DNA from: an uncultured virus (IMG/VR IMGVR_UViG_3300042294_002722)
Lineage: Duplodnaviria; Heunggongvirae; Uroviricota; Caudoviricetes
Direction: 5' to 3' (one strand)
Virus record (IMG/VR): IMGVR_UViG_3300042294_002722
DNA length: 64,000 nt
The translations under genes were made by a program, and so were the position numbers. The notes below the pieces were generated by a model, which ran no database searches, was not told the DNA's origin, and worked only from the letters and a program-made list of their open reading frames with translations. Numbering within the stretch: position 1 is the first letter of the stretch; each line of letters starts with the position of its first letter. Of this stretch, positions 37,201 to 46,843 are shown one piece after another.

Positions 37201-38100
37201 ATGTTCTTTAGGGACGAACTGCGAAAACACGGTATCAAGATCGCGGACGCGAGCGATCCGCATTACCGGGTTGGGTGGATCAATATGCCCTGCCCGTTTT
37301 GCGGTTCCGAGAAAAACCATCTCGGAGTCTCTGAGGATTTGCGCAGGGTTAACTGCTACAAATGCGGCAGTAAGCATCCGGCTCAGGTGCTGTCCCGGGT
37401 TCTTAGGTGGACCCGGCAAGAAATAGACAAGTACCAAGCAGATCGTTACGGCGATGCGGCTACTTGGAAACAACCCGATGTGCAGTTCGGCCAGTACACC
37501 CCTCCTAAAAATTTGATCGATTTATCTGCAAAAGATCGGCAGTATCTTCGTAGCAGAGGGTGGGATGATGAGAAGATCGATCAGTCCATCGAACTTTATG
37601 GACTCCAAAGTATCGGGCCTTTTAGCGGGCTTCCTGCGGGAATCTTTATTCCGATATCAGACGCTAAAGGAACTCCTGTTTCTTGGACGGTGCGATTCCG
37701 TGAACCCGGCCCAGATGGAAGGCGATACCATACAGCCAGCAACCTAGAGAAAGCGGATTCTGAAAAACATCTTCTGTTCGGGGAGAATTTGCTAATCAAG
37801 GCAGGATGCAATAGCATCATCGTCAACGAGGGGCCATTTGACGCGATGAGTGTCGGTGTCGGCGCGGTGTGCGTATTCGGGCTAGCGTACAGTCTTCACC
37901 AACTCCACCGGATTAGCCGATATCCCCGGCGAACTATCTGCTTCGACAATTCTCCACAGGCTCAAAAAATTGCTTATCGACTTTGCCAGGACCTTGCAGT
38001 CTTTCCGGGGTATACTGAACAGGTGTGCCTGGATGCCGATGATCCAGGATCAGCCAGCCAAGAAGAAATCGAACAACTCAGGATGCAGGCGGGCGTATGA
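37201..38100 (+). CDS. dnaG: DNA primase (Zn finger + TOPRIM)
   Basis: CPFCG...NCYKC, IIVNEGPFDAM, ICFDN, DDPG. Confidence 0.9.
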   Translation: MFFRDELRKHGIKIADASDPHYRVGWINMPCPFCGSEKNHLGVSEDLRRVNCYKCGSKHPAQVLSRVLRWTRQEIDKYQADRYGDAATWKQPDVQFGQYTPPKNLIDLSAKDRQYLRSRGWDDEKIDQSIELYGLQSIGPFSGLPAGIFIPISDAKGTPVSWTVRFREPGPDGRRYHTASNLEKADSEKHLLFGENLLIKAGCNSIIVNEGPFDAMSVGVGAVCVFGLAYSLHQLHRISRYPRRTICFDNSPQAQKIAYRLCQDLAVFPGYTEQVCLDADDPGSASQEEIEQLRMQAGV

Positions 38101-39476
38101 AAGTCATTAAGCATGAAGGCAACGAGGAACGTCATGCCATAGTCGCACTGGTACTCGACCCCAAGGTATTAGCCGAGGTCGCCCCGTCTTGGGAGGGCAA
38201 GGGGTTTGGTTCCAGATGGGCGAATCTGGTCGCGCAGTGGGCAGTTGACCACTGGAACAAATACAAAACCCCTCCCACACCAGGAGACTTGGAGGGGATT
38301 TTTACCGCATGGTCCCCGACTGCCGACGATGCTTTGGTCAAGATTGTCGAAGACTGGTTAAGCAATCTACCCGGCGAATCGACTTTGAACTCTGATTACG
38401 CCATCGACCGCATCCGGCAAATTGTACAGCAAAATGCCATACATAGTCTGGGGGTGGCTCTGACGGGACTGACCGAGCAGAACCGACTAGAAGACGCTCA
38501 AAACGTCTTGGCCCTCTGGAAGGCCCCTAGAATCGGTCAGGAAGCATCCGGAGTGTTTCCGCTACAGGACGCTAATCTTGTTGACGAAGCGTTCCAGACG
38601 GCCTGCCAGGAGCCTTTAATACAGTATCCAGGGGCCTTGGGTGAGTTCTTCGGGCCTGTACTGGCAAAAGATGCGTTTGTGGCGTTTCTAGCCCCGGAAA
38701 AAACGGGCAAGACCACGGTACTGTTAGACCTCGCATGGCGGGGCGTAGCTCAAGGTAAACGGGTCGCATTCATATCCTGCGGCGATATGTCGCAGTCGCA
38801 GGTCATCGCTAGGCTGATTCCTAGGGTCTGCAAGTCCCCCATTTCGGGGGGTTTGGTCAGCATCCCTGTTTCTGTCACCTACGAGAACAAGGAACCCAGA
38901 GTTGTTTGGGAGCAAACCACTACCAGAAAAGTCAGCAAAGAAGACGCGAAAAAAGCATTCGTTGAAGCAGGAGGGGATGATCCTTCCCGGTTTAGGCTTT
39001 TAACGTACCCCGCCGGGACCGTTACCGCTAGTGACATCACCTCATTGGCATCTCGATGGGCTGACGAGGGATGGACTCCCGAGATCATCGTAATCGACTA
39101 TGCGGACATCTTGGCCTTGCCTCGCGGTATCAAGGAAACCCGAGACGGCATTGACGCAAACTGGAAGGAACTGAGGGCACTTTCGACACAGTTTCGGTGC
39201 TTGGTTGCCACGGCTACCCAGTCAGATACGGAAGGCTACAGTGCATGGTTGCTGTCTAAGAAGAACTTCTCGGACTGCAAAAAGAAGGTGGCGCACGTTA
39301 CCGCGATGATCGGTCTTAACATGACCGAGCAAGAGCGCCGTATGCAAGTGTGCCGCTACAACTACGTTGCCTTGCGGGAAGCGGAGTTCATGGCTCAGAA
39401 ACCCGTTTATATCTCGGTAGCCGGATGTACTAAGGTCGGTCGCCCGAGCATGGTGAGCGCATGGCCTACCGATTGA
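38097..39476 (+). CDS. dnaB: Replicative DnaB-like helicase
   Basis: APEKTGKT, IVIDYADIL, TATQS. Confidence 0.9.
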   Translation: MKVIKHEGNEERHAIVALVLDPKVLAEVAPSWEGKGFGSRWANLVAQWAVDHWNKYKTPPTPGDLEGIFTAWSPTADDALVKIVEDWLSNLPGESTLNSDYAIDRIRQIVQQNAIHSLGVALTGLTEQNRLEDAQNVLALWKAPRIGQEASGVFPLQDANLVDEAFQTACQEPLIQYPGALGEFFGPVLAKDAFVAFLAPEKTGKTTVLLDLAWRGVAQGKRVAFISCGDMSQSQVIARLIPRVCKSPISGGLVSIPVSVTYENKEPRVVWEQTTTRKVSKEDAKKAFVEAGGDDPSRFRLLTYPAGTVTASDITSLASRWADEGWTPEIIVIDYADILALPRGIKETRDGIDANWKELRALSTQFRCLVATATQSDTEGYSAWLLSKKNFSDCKKKVAHVTAMIGLNMTEQERRMQVCRYNYVALREAEFMAQKPVYISVAGCTKVGRPSMVSAWPTD

Positions 39477-40318
39477 GATACCGATTTAGCGCAGACAACA
39501 TAAAGCTTTCCCACCTGCGGTGCTTCGTCACCTTAGTTGACTCCTTTGATGCGGTAGAAGCCAGCCAGAAACTTGGGATAGACTGTGCTTCTTTAGAACA
39601 AAGAGTCAGGACGCTGCAACACAGACTAAAGGTGTCGCTGTTCACTAAACGGCACAGGTTTTATGAGTGCAAGCTATCAGCATCAGGAGAAATCTTCTAC
39701 AAGTACGCAAAGAAAATCCTGAGACAGTACGACAAAGTCTTAAAGGAGATGCGAGCGGTCGATATAACCGGCGGCAGAGGGCCTGTTTACGCAAGATGCA
39801 AGATAGGATGCCGCCGTGAAATGCTGACAAAAGCAGATTCTGTTCTCACCCAGATAGAAAAAGTGTTTCCTTATGGGGTGGTTACATGCCAAAGTGAACT
39901 TGAGTTTCGGGACAAGTTCACATCAGGGGAAATCAGCATGTCGGTCGGGTACACAGCGATCCCTGGCATGGTCAGCGAAGTTTGCGGAAGCGAGATTTTC
40001 ACTGCTGTCGTGCGTAAAGATTACGATCTGGCACTTAGCAATTACCCTGTTCCAATAATCTCTGTAGTAGGATTAGCAAACGTAATACAGGAAGCTAAGG
40101 ATAAGTTGCTCTTATTTTGCGGTATCGAAACAAGGGTTGTTTGGGAAGTTGATAACGTAGTCGCCGCTAGATGGTCAGCCGAGGCAGGCGCAGGAATTGC
40201 AATTATTCCCCACAGAATGCTTACACCTCAGTTGGTTTCTTTGTTTCCGGAAGAAATTTTCCTAGAAAAGCCGATTTTGGTGCATAAGACACCCGCCTTA
40301 CAGCGTAAATTGCAGTAG
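39461..40318 (+). CDS. LysR-family transcriptional regulator (divergent)
   Basis: HLRCFVTLVD..AxxLG..LQHRLKVSLFTK..LSASGEIF wHTH; EAGAGIAIIP C-terminal motif. Confidence 0.8.
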   Translation: MAYRLRYRFSADNIKLSHLRCFVTLVDSFDAVEASQKLGIDCASLEQRVRTLQHRLKVSLFTKRHRFYECKLSASGEIFYKYAKKILRQYDKVLKEMRAVDITGGRGPVYARCKIGCRREMLTKADSVLTQIEKVFPYGVVTCQSELEFRDKFTSGEISMSVGYTAIPGMVSEVCGSEIFTAVVRKDYDLALSNYPVPIISVVGLANVIQEAKDKLLLFCGIETRVVWEVDNVVAARWSAEAGAGIAIIPHRMLTPQLVSLFPEEIFLEKPILVHKTPALQRKLQ

Positions 40319-40331
40319 GAGGGCGCGAGCC

Positions 40332-40520
40332 ATGAAAGTGATTTTTGAGATGGGATTAACCCTGTTTGGCATGGGATTCACTACTTCTGGGATAATTCTG
40401 GCGGCAGAGAACAAGACTCAGTGGCCTTTGGTTTTGGTTTTTATTGGGATTCCAGTGCTTTTGCTGGCTTGCCAGTTCGATGACTACGAGGGTTCGCAAA
40501 ATGAAACCCGCAAGCCCTAG
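40332..40520 (+). CDS. Small two-TM membrane protein
   Basis: AGGAGG RBS; two hydrophobic segments. Confidence 0.55.
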   Translation: MKVIFEMGLTLFGMGFTTSGIILAAENKTQWPLVLVFIGIPVLLLACQFDDYEGSQNETRKP

Positions 40521-41865
40521 TGCCTACAGGCTGATGCACGAAGGCAGTCTGGCATTGTGCAAGATGGAATGTGTCGGACTGCCCGTCTGCCGGGAAGAAT
40601 TATCTCGCGCTAAAGATGCGGTTATTCAGCAAATCCGCAGCACTGAGCAACAGATGCGGTCGATGGACGAGTACCAGCGACAGCGAAAGAAGTTTGGTAT
40701 CCGCACTAAGATCGGCTCACGGGAACAGCTTGCAGACATTCTGTACAAGGATTTGAACTACCCCGGAATGCAGGTCAACCCGAAGACAGGCAAGATAATT
40801 TTTGATGACGAGGTGCTTAATGAAATAGATACTCCGTACACAAAACTGTTCAAGAAAGTGCAGAAGTTTCATAAGCTAAACAGCACTTACCTTACTGGCA
40901 TCGAGCGAGAACTGTGCGGAGATCGTGTACATGCGGTACTCAATACGCATACGGTGACTACTTACCGATCATCGGCAGACAGTCCGAACATCCAGAACTT
41001 TCCCATCCGTGATCCTGAGATCGGGCAGATTCTGCGATCAATCATTCGACCGAAACCGGGAAAGGTGATCGTGGAGATTGATTACTCGACCCTAGAGGTA
41101 GTTATAGGAGCTTGTCTGCACGGTGATCCGACTATGTCAGAGTATTTGCTGACTGGTTTCGATTTCCATCGAGCCACTGCCCAAGAATGCTTTTTTATGG
41201 AGGATGTGCCAAAGCCACTGCGACAACTAGCAAAAGTGGCTAACTTTAGCCTTATTTACGGCGATTTCTTTGCAGCGATTGCGGCAAAAATGTGGAAGGC
41301 AGTAGACGGACTTACGCAAGAGAATTCAGGAGTTGATGGTCAGAAAGTATTTGCCCACCTCAATTCTAAAGGAATAAAACGGCTAGGAAACGAGAATGAT
41401 ACTGGCCCAGATACTTTTACCGGCCACATACAAAAAGTCTGTGACCGCTTTTGGGGGCAACGATTCCCAATTTTTGCTAAATGGCGAAGAGATACTTGGG
41501 AGGACTACGCTCGAAAGGGCTATCTGTATACACGAACAGGTTTTCGCGTCTGGGGGGTATACAAACGTAACGAAATCCTAAACGTAGAGACTCAGGGATG
41601 TGCCTTTCACTGTCTTTTGCGGTCAGTAATCGAGATCACCAGACGACTTGAGCAAAGTTCTCTGAAATCAAGATTGGTAGGACAGATTCACGACTCATTG
41701 TTGGCTGAGGTTCCCATAGAAGAACTTGACGAGTATGTGGGAATGGCGACCGAAGTGATGACTACTTGGCTGAGGTCGCAGTGGAGTTGGATTAAGCTAC
41801 CTCTCAGTACCGAGACCGAAGTGGGCGACTCATGGGCTACGAAAGCTCCTTACCATAAAAACTAG
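40501..41865 (+). CDS. polA: Family A DNA polymerase, polymerase domain only
   Basis: TYRSSADSPNIQNFP, motif A IDYSTLE, motif B RQLAKVANFSLIYG, motif C QIHDS; no exonuclease domain. Confidence 0.92.
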   Translation: MKPASPSAYRLMHEGSLALCKMECVGLPVCREELSRAKDAVIQQIRSTEQQMRSMDEYQRQRKKFGIRTKIGSREQLADILYKDLNYPGMQVNPKTGKIIFDDEVLNEIDTPYTKLFKKVQKFHKLNSTYLTGIERELCGDRVHAVLNTHTVTTYRSSADSPNIQNFPIRDPEIGQILRSIIRPKPGKVIVEIDYSTLEVVIGACLHGDPTMSEYLLTGFDFHRATAQECFFMEDVPKPLRQLAKVANFSLIYGDFFAAIAAKMWKAVDGLTQENSGVDGQKVFAHLNSKGIKRLGNENDTGPDTFTGHIQKVCDRFWGQRFPIFAKWRRDTWEDYARKGYLYTRTGFRVWGVYKRNEILNVETQGCAFHCLLRSVIEITRRLEQSSLKSRLVGQIHDSLLAEVPIEELDEYVGMATEVMTTWLRSQWSWIKLPLSTETEVGDSWATKAPYHKN

Positions 41866-41891
41866 ACAAACAGATAACTTTACCATAGAAT
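41863..41891 (+). promoter_or_regulatory. Promoter of HNH gene 3
   Basis: TAGACA-N17-TAGAAT. Confidence 0.6.
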
Positions 41892-41911
41892 TATGCCTAT
41901 GGAGAAAACTT

Positions 41912-42583
41912 ATGGAAAACATACACGGTATTTCGATTGATCTGACAGTAAAAGACAGTAAATTTGGTAAGTTGCAGATATTGGGAGCGGCTTTCAAAAC
42001 TCGCCGCTCCGATTCGCGAACAGACTGGCAGGTAGTTGCGTCCTGCGAGTGTGGCAACATCAAGTGTTATTACCTAAGAAATTTAGTAACGGGAATGACA
42101 ACTAGCTGCGGATGCGTTCAGAAAAAACGAGCTTCCATGGCGAATACTACACATGGAAAACGAAAGTCGCATTTATATGCAGTTTGGAATGCTATGCTCG
42201 CAAGATGCCATAACTTAAAAAACAAATCATATAAAAACTATGGTGGTCGCGGTATATCAGTATGTGACAGATGGAAGTCGTTTGAGAATTTTTATTCTGA
42301 TATGGGGGACCGGCCCAGTGAGCAGCATACAATAGACCGCATCGACAACAACAAAGATTATTGCCCAGAAAATTGTCGATGGGTCACAAGAAATGTGCAA
42401 GCCACAAACAAACGCAATAACCGATACTTAGAGTACAACGGAAAAACACAAACAGTAAGCCAGTGGGCTAAAGAGTTTGGAATGGGAGCGGCTACATTGA
42501 AAAGCAGACTATTGTTAGGATGGTCAGTAGAAAAAGCGCTCACAGTTCCTGTAAGACCGGTGCGAAAAGCAAAAGGTAAATAG
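41912..42583 (+). CDS. Free-standing HNH-type homing endonuclease 3
   Basis: YGGRGISVCDRW, TIDRIDNNKDYCPENCRW; AT-rich relative to flanks. Confidence 0.88.
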   Translation: MENIHGISIDLTVKDSKFGKLQILGAAFKTRRSDSRTDWQVVASCECGNIKCYYLRNLVTGMTTSCGCVQKKRASMANTTHGKRKSHLYAVWNAMLARCHNLKNKSYKNYGGRGISVCDRWKSFENFYSDMGDRPSEQHTIDRIDNNKDYCPENCRWVTRNVQATNKRNNRYLEYNGKTQTVSQWAKEFGMGAATLKSRLLLGWSVEKALTVPVRPVRKAKGK

Positions 42584-42586
42584 ATC

Positions 42587-43189
42587 ATGGGCAGCGAAGC
42601 AACCGTATTCAAAAACGTAGATCGATTACCAAAGATCATAGGGCTTAACGGCCCCATAGGTTCGGGGAAGGACACGGTCGCTTCGTACTTAGGTATTTAC
42701 TTTACCTACGAAATCATGGGGTTTTCGGACCCGGTGTACGAAAACCTATACCGGCTCAATCCCGGTATCGTAGTGGGACATAACAAAGTGGAGTACCTCC
42801 AAACCATTGTAAACACGCACGGATGGGACTACGCCAAACGCCGGTATTCTATCGTTCGCGGGATGCTTCGCACAGAGGGCACTGAGAACGGGAGGGAGAT
42901 ACATGGTAGCGATTGCTGGGTGAAGGTCGCCCAAAGGCGGGTGGAGAACTCCAACAAGCCTCGGTTTGTGTTCCGGGATGTTCGGTTTCCGGAGGAAGTA
43001 GATTTTATTCGTTCCCTGAACGGCGAAATCTGGAGGATCGAAGGTCGAGTGTCGGACGAAGTTCAGAATCTTCCCAACCATATTTCGGAACAGCATGTCA
43101 TTGAACCCGACAAAATCATCGTAAATGACGGAACATTGTCGCGTCTGTACCATCGCGTCAACACCCTACTTTCTTGGTATCTGGAGTAA
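42587..43189 (+). CDS. Deoxynucleoside monophosphate kinase
   Basis: GLNGPIGSGKDT, GTENGR, DVRFPEE, HISE, NDGT. Confidence 0.9.
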   Translation: MGSEATVFKNVDRLPKIIGLNGPIGSGKDTVASYLGIYFTYEIMGFSDPVYENLYRLNPGIVVGHNKVEYLQTIVNTHGWDYAKRRYSIVRGMLRTEGTENGREIHGSDCWVKVAQRRVENSNKPRFVFRDVRFPEEVDFIRSLNGEIWRIEGRVSDEVQNLPNHISEQHVIEPDKIIVNDGTLSRLYHRVNTLLSWYLE

Positions 43190-43191
43190 TT

Positions 43192-44100
43192 ATGGGCCTC
43201 TATCAAAAATATCGACCTACGCTGCTCTCCGAGATCATCGGACAGCCTACGGCAGTTCAGCAACTACGGAAAATGGATGCAGAGGATTCCGTGCCTCACG
43301 CAATCCTTATGTCCGGGCCTAGCGGGTGCGGGAAGACCACGGCGGCTCGGATTGTTGCAAAACTTGTGGATGCAGCGCCGACTGGCGTTACCGAAGTAAA
43401 CTGCGCTCTCAGTAACGGGGTCGATGTCATTCGAGAGATCGAATCCAAGATGCACTTGAAACCGCTCGGAGGGAAAGCCCGGGTTTATATCCTGGACGAA
43501 TTTCATGCGGTCACTCCGGCAGGCCAGCGCGGAATGCTTAAATTGCTGGAGGATACACCGGCACACATCTACTTCATTCTTTGCACCACCAACCCGGAAA
43601 AACTGGAAAAACCGGTTGTGACCAGATGTGTCAACATCAAATTCAATAATCTATCTGTATCAGAACTAAAGAAGCTTATACAGAGGGTAGCGACCGAAGA
43701 ACAGATTCATCCCGGCAAGATGCCCGATCCGGCAGTAATTGCGACGGCGGCAGATGGCAGTGCTAGGAAAGCCTTGGTTTTATTGGAACAGATCATCGCT
43801 TCTGATTCTGCGGCAGACTGGCATGAAATTTTGGAAACCGGGGTCCAGGCTACCGAGTATTTTGACATGGTTCGCGATCTTTACGCTGGCCGGTTCACCA
43901 TGAGCAAATGGGGACCGAAGCTCAAGGAACTCGGAGAGAACGATGTAGAGGGTTTGCGGATGTGCATCTTGTCTTACGGGGCTACGATTTTGTGCGGCGG
44001 CAGAAACGAGGATGCCATGCGAATCATGGAGTTATTCACGGAACCGTTTTTTTCGTCAAAAAAACCCGGATTTATTTTGAATCTTGCGAAGTGTCAGTAG
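43192..44100 (+). CDS. dnaX: Clamp loader, DNA pol III gamma/tau-like
   Basis: LYQKYRP, GPSGCGKTT, ILDEFH, LKLLED, TRC. Confidence 0.92.
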   Translation: MGLYQKYRPTLLSEIIGQPTAVQQLRKMDAEDSVPHAILMSGPSGCGKTTAARIVAKLVDAAPTGVTEVNCALSNGVDVIREIESKMHLKPLGGKARVYILDEFHAVTPAGQRGMLKLLEDTPAHIYFILCTTNPEKLEKPVVTRCVNIKFNNLSVSELKKLIQRVATEEQIHPGKMPDPAVIATAADGSARKALVLLEQIIASDSAADWHEILETGVQATEYFDMVRDLYAGRFTMSKWGPKLKELGENDVEGLRMCILSYGATILCGGRNEDAMRIMELFTEPFFSSKKPGFILNLAKCQ

Positions 44101-44135
44101 TAGACTAGGTTAAGTCCCAACCAACGGAGGTAACA

Positions 44136-44558
44136 ATGGACGTAGACATCACAGTAGACCGCCACAAGCTCGATGAGCAGCTTGAGGCTATTCCAGGGGA
44201 CGTACTCTCTTGGTCGCGGCAGGCAGCTATCCAAGTGGAAACGCTGCAACGCGCTGAAAACAATTTGAAGTTAGTAGAAGCCCGGTTATCCATCGCGATC
44301 CGGCAGAATCCGCTCGATTACGGTTTTGCTAAGGTTACTGAGGATTTGGTCAAGGCCATTATCCTGACGCAACCGGATTACGTCGAAGCTCTCGACCACG
44401 TTGCAGAAGCCCGTGCAGAGTTGACCGCTACCCGTGGGGTTGTGGATGCTCTTGAGATCAAGCGATCCAGTTTGAAGTACCTTGCCGAGTTGACGGTAGC
44501 GGGGTATCTTGGTTCCATGTCCGTCAATCCTCGCAACCCATCAGGAGTTAAGAGCTAA
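44136..44558 (+). CDS. UvsY-like recombination mediator
   Basis: Helical protein, KVTEDLVKAII...ALEIKRSSL; adjacent to SSB. Confidence 0.55.
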   Translation: MDVDITVDRHKLDEQLEAIPGDVLSWSRQAAIQVETLQRAENNLKLVEARLSIAIRQNPLDYGFAKVTEDLVKAIILTQPDYVEALDHVAEARAELTATRGVVDALEIKRSSLKYLAELTVAGYLGSMSVNPRNPSGVKS

Positions 44559-44559
44559 C

Positions 44560-45627
44560 ATGCGTATTTCATCATCTAAGACCCGCCAAGAAAATAAAGC
44601 CAACAACACGGTCGGCGTTCTTCGCGTTCCGCAGGGAATCGACCTTTGGAAGGTCGAAAAGCCCGGGATGTACCAGATGGTCATTCTTCCGTACAAGGTT
44701 CCGGACGGGGCGAAACACCCCTACGCAAAACCTGGGGAATTCCATTACAGCCGCGATTACTACATCCACCGCAACTTTGGTCCGTCCGGTAAAGACTACG
44801 CGATCTGCCCTCGGTTGACTGTCGGCGCTCCTTGCCCGATCTGCGAAGCGATCAAGCAACAGCTTGCCGCTGGCAACATCGACAAGGACACCGCTAAGAA
44901 GATGTCTGCGTCTCACAGGACGCTGTACAACGTCTGGTTGCCTAAAGAAAACAAGGTCGTACTGTTCGACACCAGCTTCTTCGGATTTACCGAAGTTCTG
45001 AATGCGGCAGTCGATGCCAAGGTGCAGATTCCAGGCATGGAGTGGGCCGATTACTTCGCGGACCCTGTTGAGGGTTCTACGCTCTACGTCCAGTACGTCG
45101 AGCAACCCCTTCCTTCGCCCGGCGCAAAGTTTTGCAAGGCGATTTCCATCGACTTTGTACAGCACAAAGAAGCGATTCCTGCCGAGATTCTGTCTCAGGC
45201 AGTATCTCTCGACTTGTCGCTAGTCGTCGAAAACTACGATGTCCTCAAGAATCGATTCTGGGACACCGAGCCAGTCGCTACGGAAAGCGCACAGGAGCAG
45301 GAAACTCCTGTCACAAGGACGCAGGTTGCAGTGACGCAACCTCAGACACCGAAGTCTGCACCGGCTGAACCTCCTGCGGTAGCCCCAAAGGTGACTGGAT
45401 TCACCAAGGGACAGATTCTGCATCATAAGGATATGGGGGAGGTCAGCTTTGTTAAATCCAGCGATGGATCAGCAACGGTTCTGAACAGCCAGGACGACCC
45501 AGTCAAAGTCAAGATGTCCGATCTCCAGACACAGCCTTGGCCGGATAGTCAATCAGCATCCCTATCCGAGCCTGTTGCAGTGTCCAACGGCGGGGACGAT
45601 GCCTGGGATTCTGGCTGGAAGGATTAG
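44560..45627 (+). CDS. Single-stranded DNA-binding protein (gp32-like)
   Basis: ILPY, IHRN, CP..CPICE zinc site, acidic/aromatic tail DDAWDSGWKD. Confidence 0.75.
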   Translation: MRISSSKTRQENKANNTVGVLRVPQGIDLWKVEKPGMYQMVILPYKVPDGAKHPYAKPGEFHYSRDYYIHRNFGPSGKDYAICPRLTVGAPCPICEAIKQQLAAGNIDKDTAKKMSASHRTLYNVWLPKENKVVLFDTSFFGFTEVLNAAVDAKVQIPGMEWADYFADPVEGSTLYVQYVEQPLPSPGAKFCKAISIDFVQHKEAIPAEILSQAVSLDLSLVVENYDVLKNRFWDTEPVATESAQEQETPVTRTQVAVTQPQTPKSAPAEPPAVAPKVTGFTKGQILHHKDMGEVSFVKSSDGSATVLNSQDDPVKVKMSDLQTQPWPDSQSASLSEPVAVSNGGDDAWDSGWKD

Positions 45628-45729
45628 CAAAAAGCTTGTCGGGTAGCGCCCGACTGATCTGGTGGATGCGGTGAAGCACCAGTAAGAATGGGCCGTAGCT
45701 TTCGCGATCACGGCAGATAGACCGCACAA

Positions 45730-45854
45730 GGTTCTGCGGCGTGGACAGCGACACGCGGAGAGCTATGCAACGCCTAAACGCATAGACGCAACGGATTCGG
45801 AACAGATCGAGTACCGCCAAGTATAGCCAGCAGGTGCAATTCCCGCCAGAACCA
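45730..45854 (+). ncRNA. Enlarged tRNA-like RNA 1 (125 nt)
   Basis: Acceptor GGTTCTG/CAGAACC+A, D-like arm GCGTG..CACGC, T-arm GCAGG-TGCAATT-CCCGC; ~70-nt middle closed by GCTATGC/GTATAGC. Confidence 0.6.
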
Positions 45855-45858
45855 TTGA

Positions 45859-45947
45859 GACGAACGCTCGGATTCACCGAGCCGAAAGGAAAGAGGTAAA
45901 CATGAGTAACGACAGTAATGAGACTTCGGTGCAATCCGTTGTTCGTC
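45859..45947 (-). mobile_element. attC-like site 1
   Basis: GACGAAC...GTTCGTC cores; GGATT-CACCGAG pairs with TTCGGTG(C)AATCC leaving an extrahelical C. Confidence 0.75.
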
Positions 45948-46207
45948 GGCGAATTGTCCAGGCGAGCTTGTGCTTGCGATTTTACACATCGGCAGGGTGG
46001 ACACGCGAGGAGGTTCGGAAACTGCTGCGAGACGACAAACGGTTGGCGCGTGTGTGTCCTCGGTACTTCGATGAACGCGACAAGTTGGGACAAGGAAGTT
46101 TTGAACTGGAGGATGGGCTACCACACGACGATTGCGATTACTTCGCAGTGTACGGAGCGGGCGAACCATTTTCAGCGGAGGCGTTGGCGTTGCACGACGT
46201 AGTGTGA
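45902..46207 (+). CDS. Cassette gene 1, hypothetical; starts inside attC-like site 1
   Basis: GAGG RBS and ATG in the hairpin loop; stop lies just before site 2. Confidence 0.65.
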   Translation: MSNDSNETSVQSVVRRRIVQASLCLRFYTSAGWTREEVRKLLRDDKRLARVCPRYFDERDKLGQGSFELEDGLPHDDCDYFAVYGAGEPFSAEALALHDVV

Positions 46208-46213
46208 TCGTCA

Positions 46214-46302
46214 GACGAACGCTCGGATTCACCGAGCCGAAAGGAAAGAGGTAACAAAAATGAGCGAGACGAATGAGGCTTCGGTGCAATCCATTGTTCG
46301 TC
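46214..46302 (-). mobile_element. attC-like site 2
   Basis: Left arm identical to site 1 over ~40 bp; same cores and bulge. Confidence 0.75.
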
Positions 46303-46565
46303 GTCCGTGGGATTTTGTGTGCAAGTGGTACGGAGTGGATGAGATTCACGATTTCATTACACGGTCACGACTATTGCGGTCAGTCGGTGATTTACCGCAA
46401 GTTCCAGAGGACGTTTATAGTAGAGAGTTTGCCGAGTTTCTGACCGAGCAGTATAGGCTTGCGATGCGAAAGGGTGCGGAGTTGGCTGTTGCGGAAATGA
46501 GGTCGATGCCATGCGTCCACGATCTTGTGAAACAGCACAATGAAAATACGACGACTGAGTTTTAG
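46260..46565 (+). CDS. Cassette gene 2, hypothetical
   Basis: N-terminus ..EASVQSIVRR encoded by the attC arm; stop 3 nt before site 3. Confidence 0.65.
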   Translation: MSETNEASVQSIVRRPWDFVCKWYGVDEIHDFITRSRLLRSVGDLPQVPEDVYSREFAEFLTEQYRLAMRKGAELAVAEMRSMPCVHDLVKQHNENTTTEF

Positions 46566-46568
46566 TCA

Positions 46569-46658
46569 GACGAACGCACAGGATAACCCAGTGCGAGGAG
46601 TAAACATGGACAACGAAAAACAACAGACCGAGCACTTGGGTTCATCCGATTGTTCGTC
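46569..46658 (-). mobile_element. attC-like site 3
   Basis: GACGAAC/GTTCGTC cores; GGAT-AACCC-AGTGC pairs with GCACT(T)GGGTT(C)ATCC leaving two extrahelical bases. Confidence 0.75.
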
Positions 46659-46836
46659 GGATGATTGGGATTCCTCGGATGACGACGTCATTGACACCGA
46701 GTGTGACCATTGCGGAGAAATGAAGCGATGTTGTCTAACAAACGATCCGTATATGAGAGAAATACATCCAGAAGAGGAAAATCCGGAGTCGTACTGGTGT
46801 TATCAATGTTGGGACATCCGACACGGAGACATATAG
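46606..46836 (+). CDS. Cassette gene 3, small Zn-binding acidic protein
   Basis: GAGGAG RBS in the loop; paralogue of 36806-36997. Confidence 0.7.
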   Translation: MDNEKQQTEHLGSSDCSSDDWDSSDDDVIDTECDHCGEMKRCCLTNDPYMREIHPEEENPESYWCYQCWDIRHGDI

Positions 46837-46843
46837 ACACAAC

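Larger units (their letters stand above)
36365..37211. repeat. 31-bp direct repeat (36365-36395 and 37181-37211) flanking a 785-bp insertion
   Basis: AGAGTACAGGCAGAAGAACGATGTTCTTTAG occurs at both positions. Confidence 0.95.

Noticed and set aside
41866..42586. Group I intron around the HNH after polA (and around the other HNHs)
   Set aside because: Flanking genes appear complete, intergenic gaps are too short for an intron core, and the HNHs have their own promoters
45650..45690. Hammerhead ribozyme at CTGAT...
   Set aside because: Lacks the CUGANGA and GAAA core
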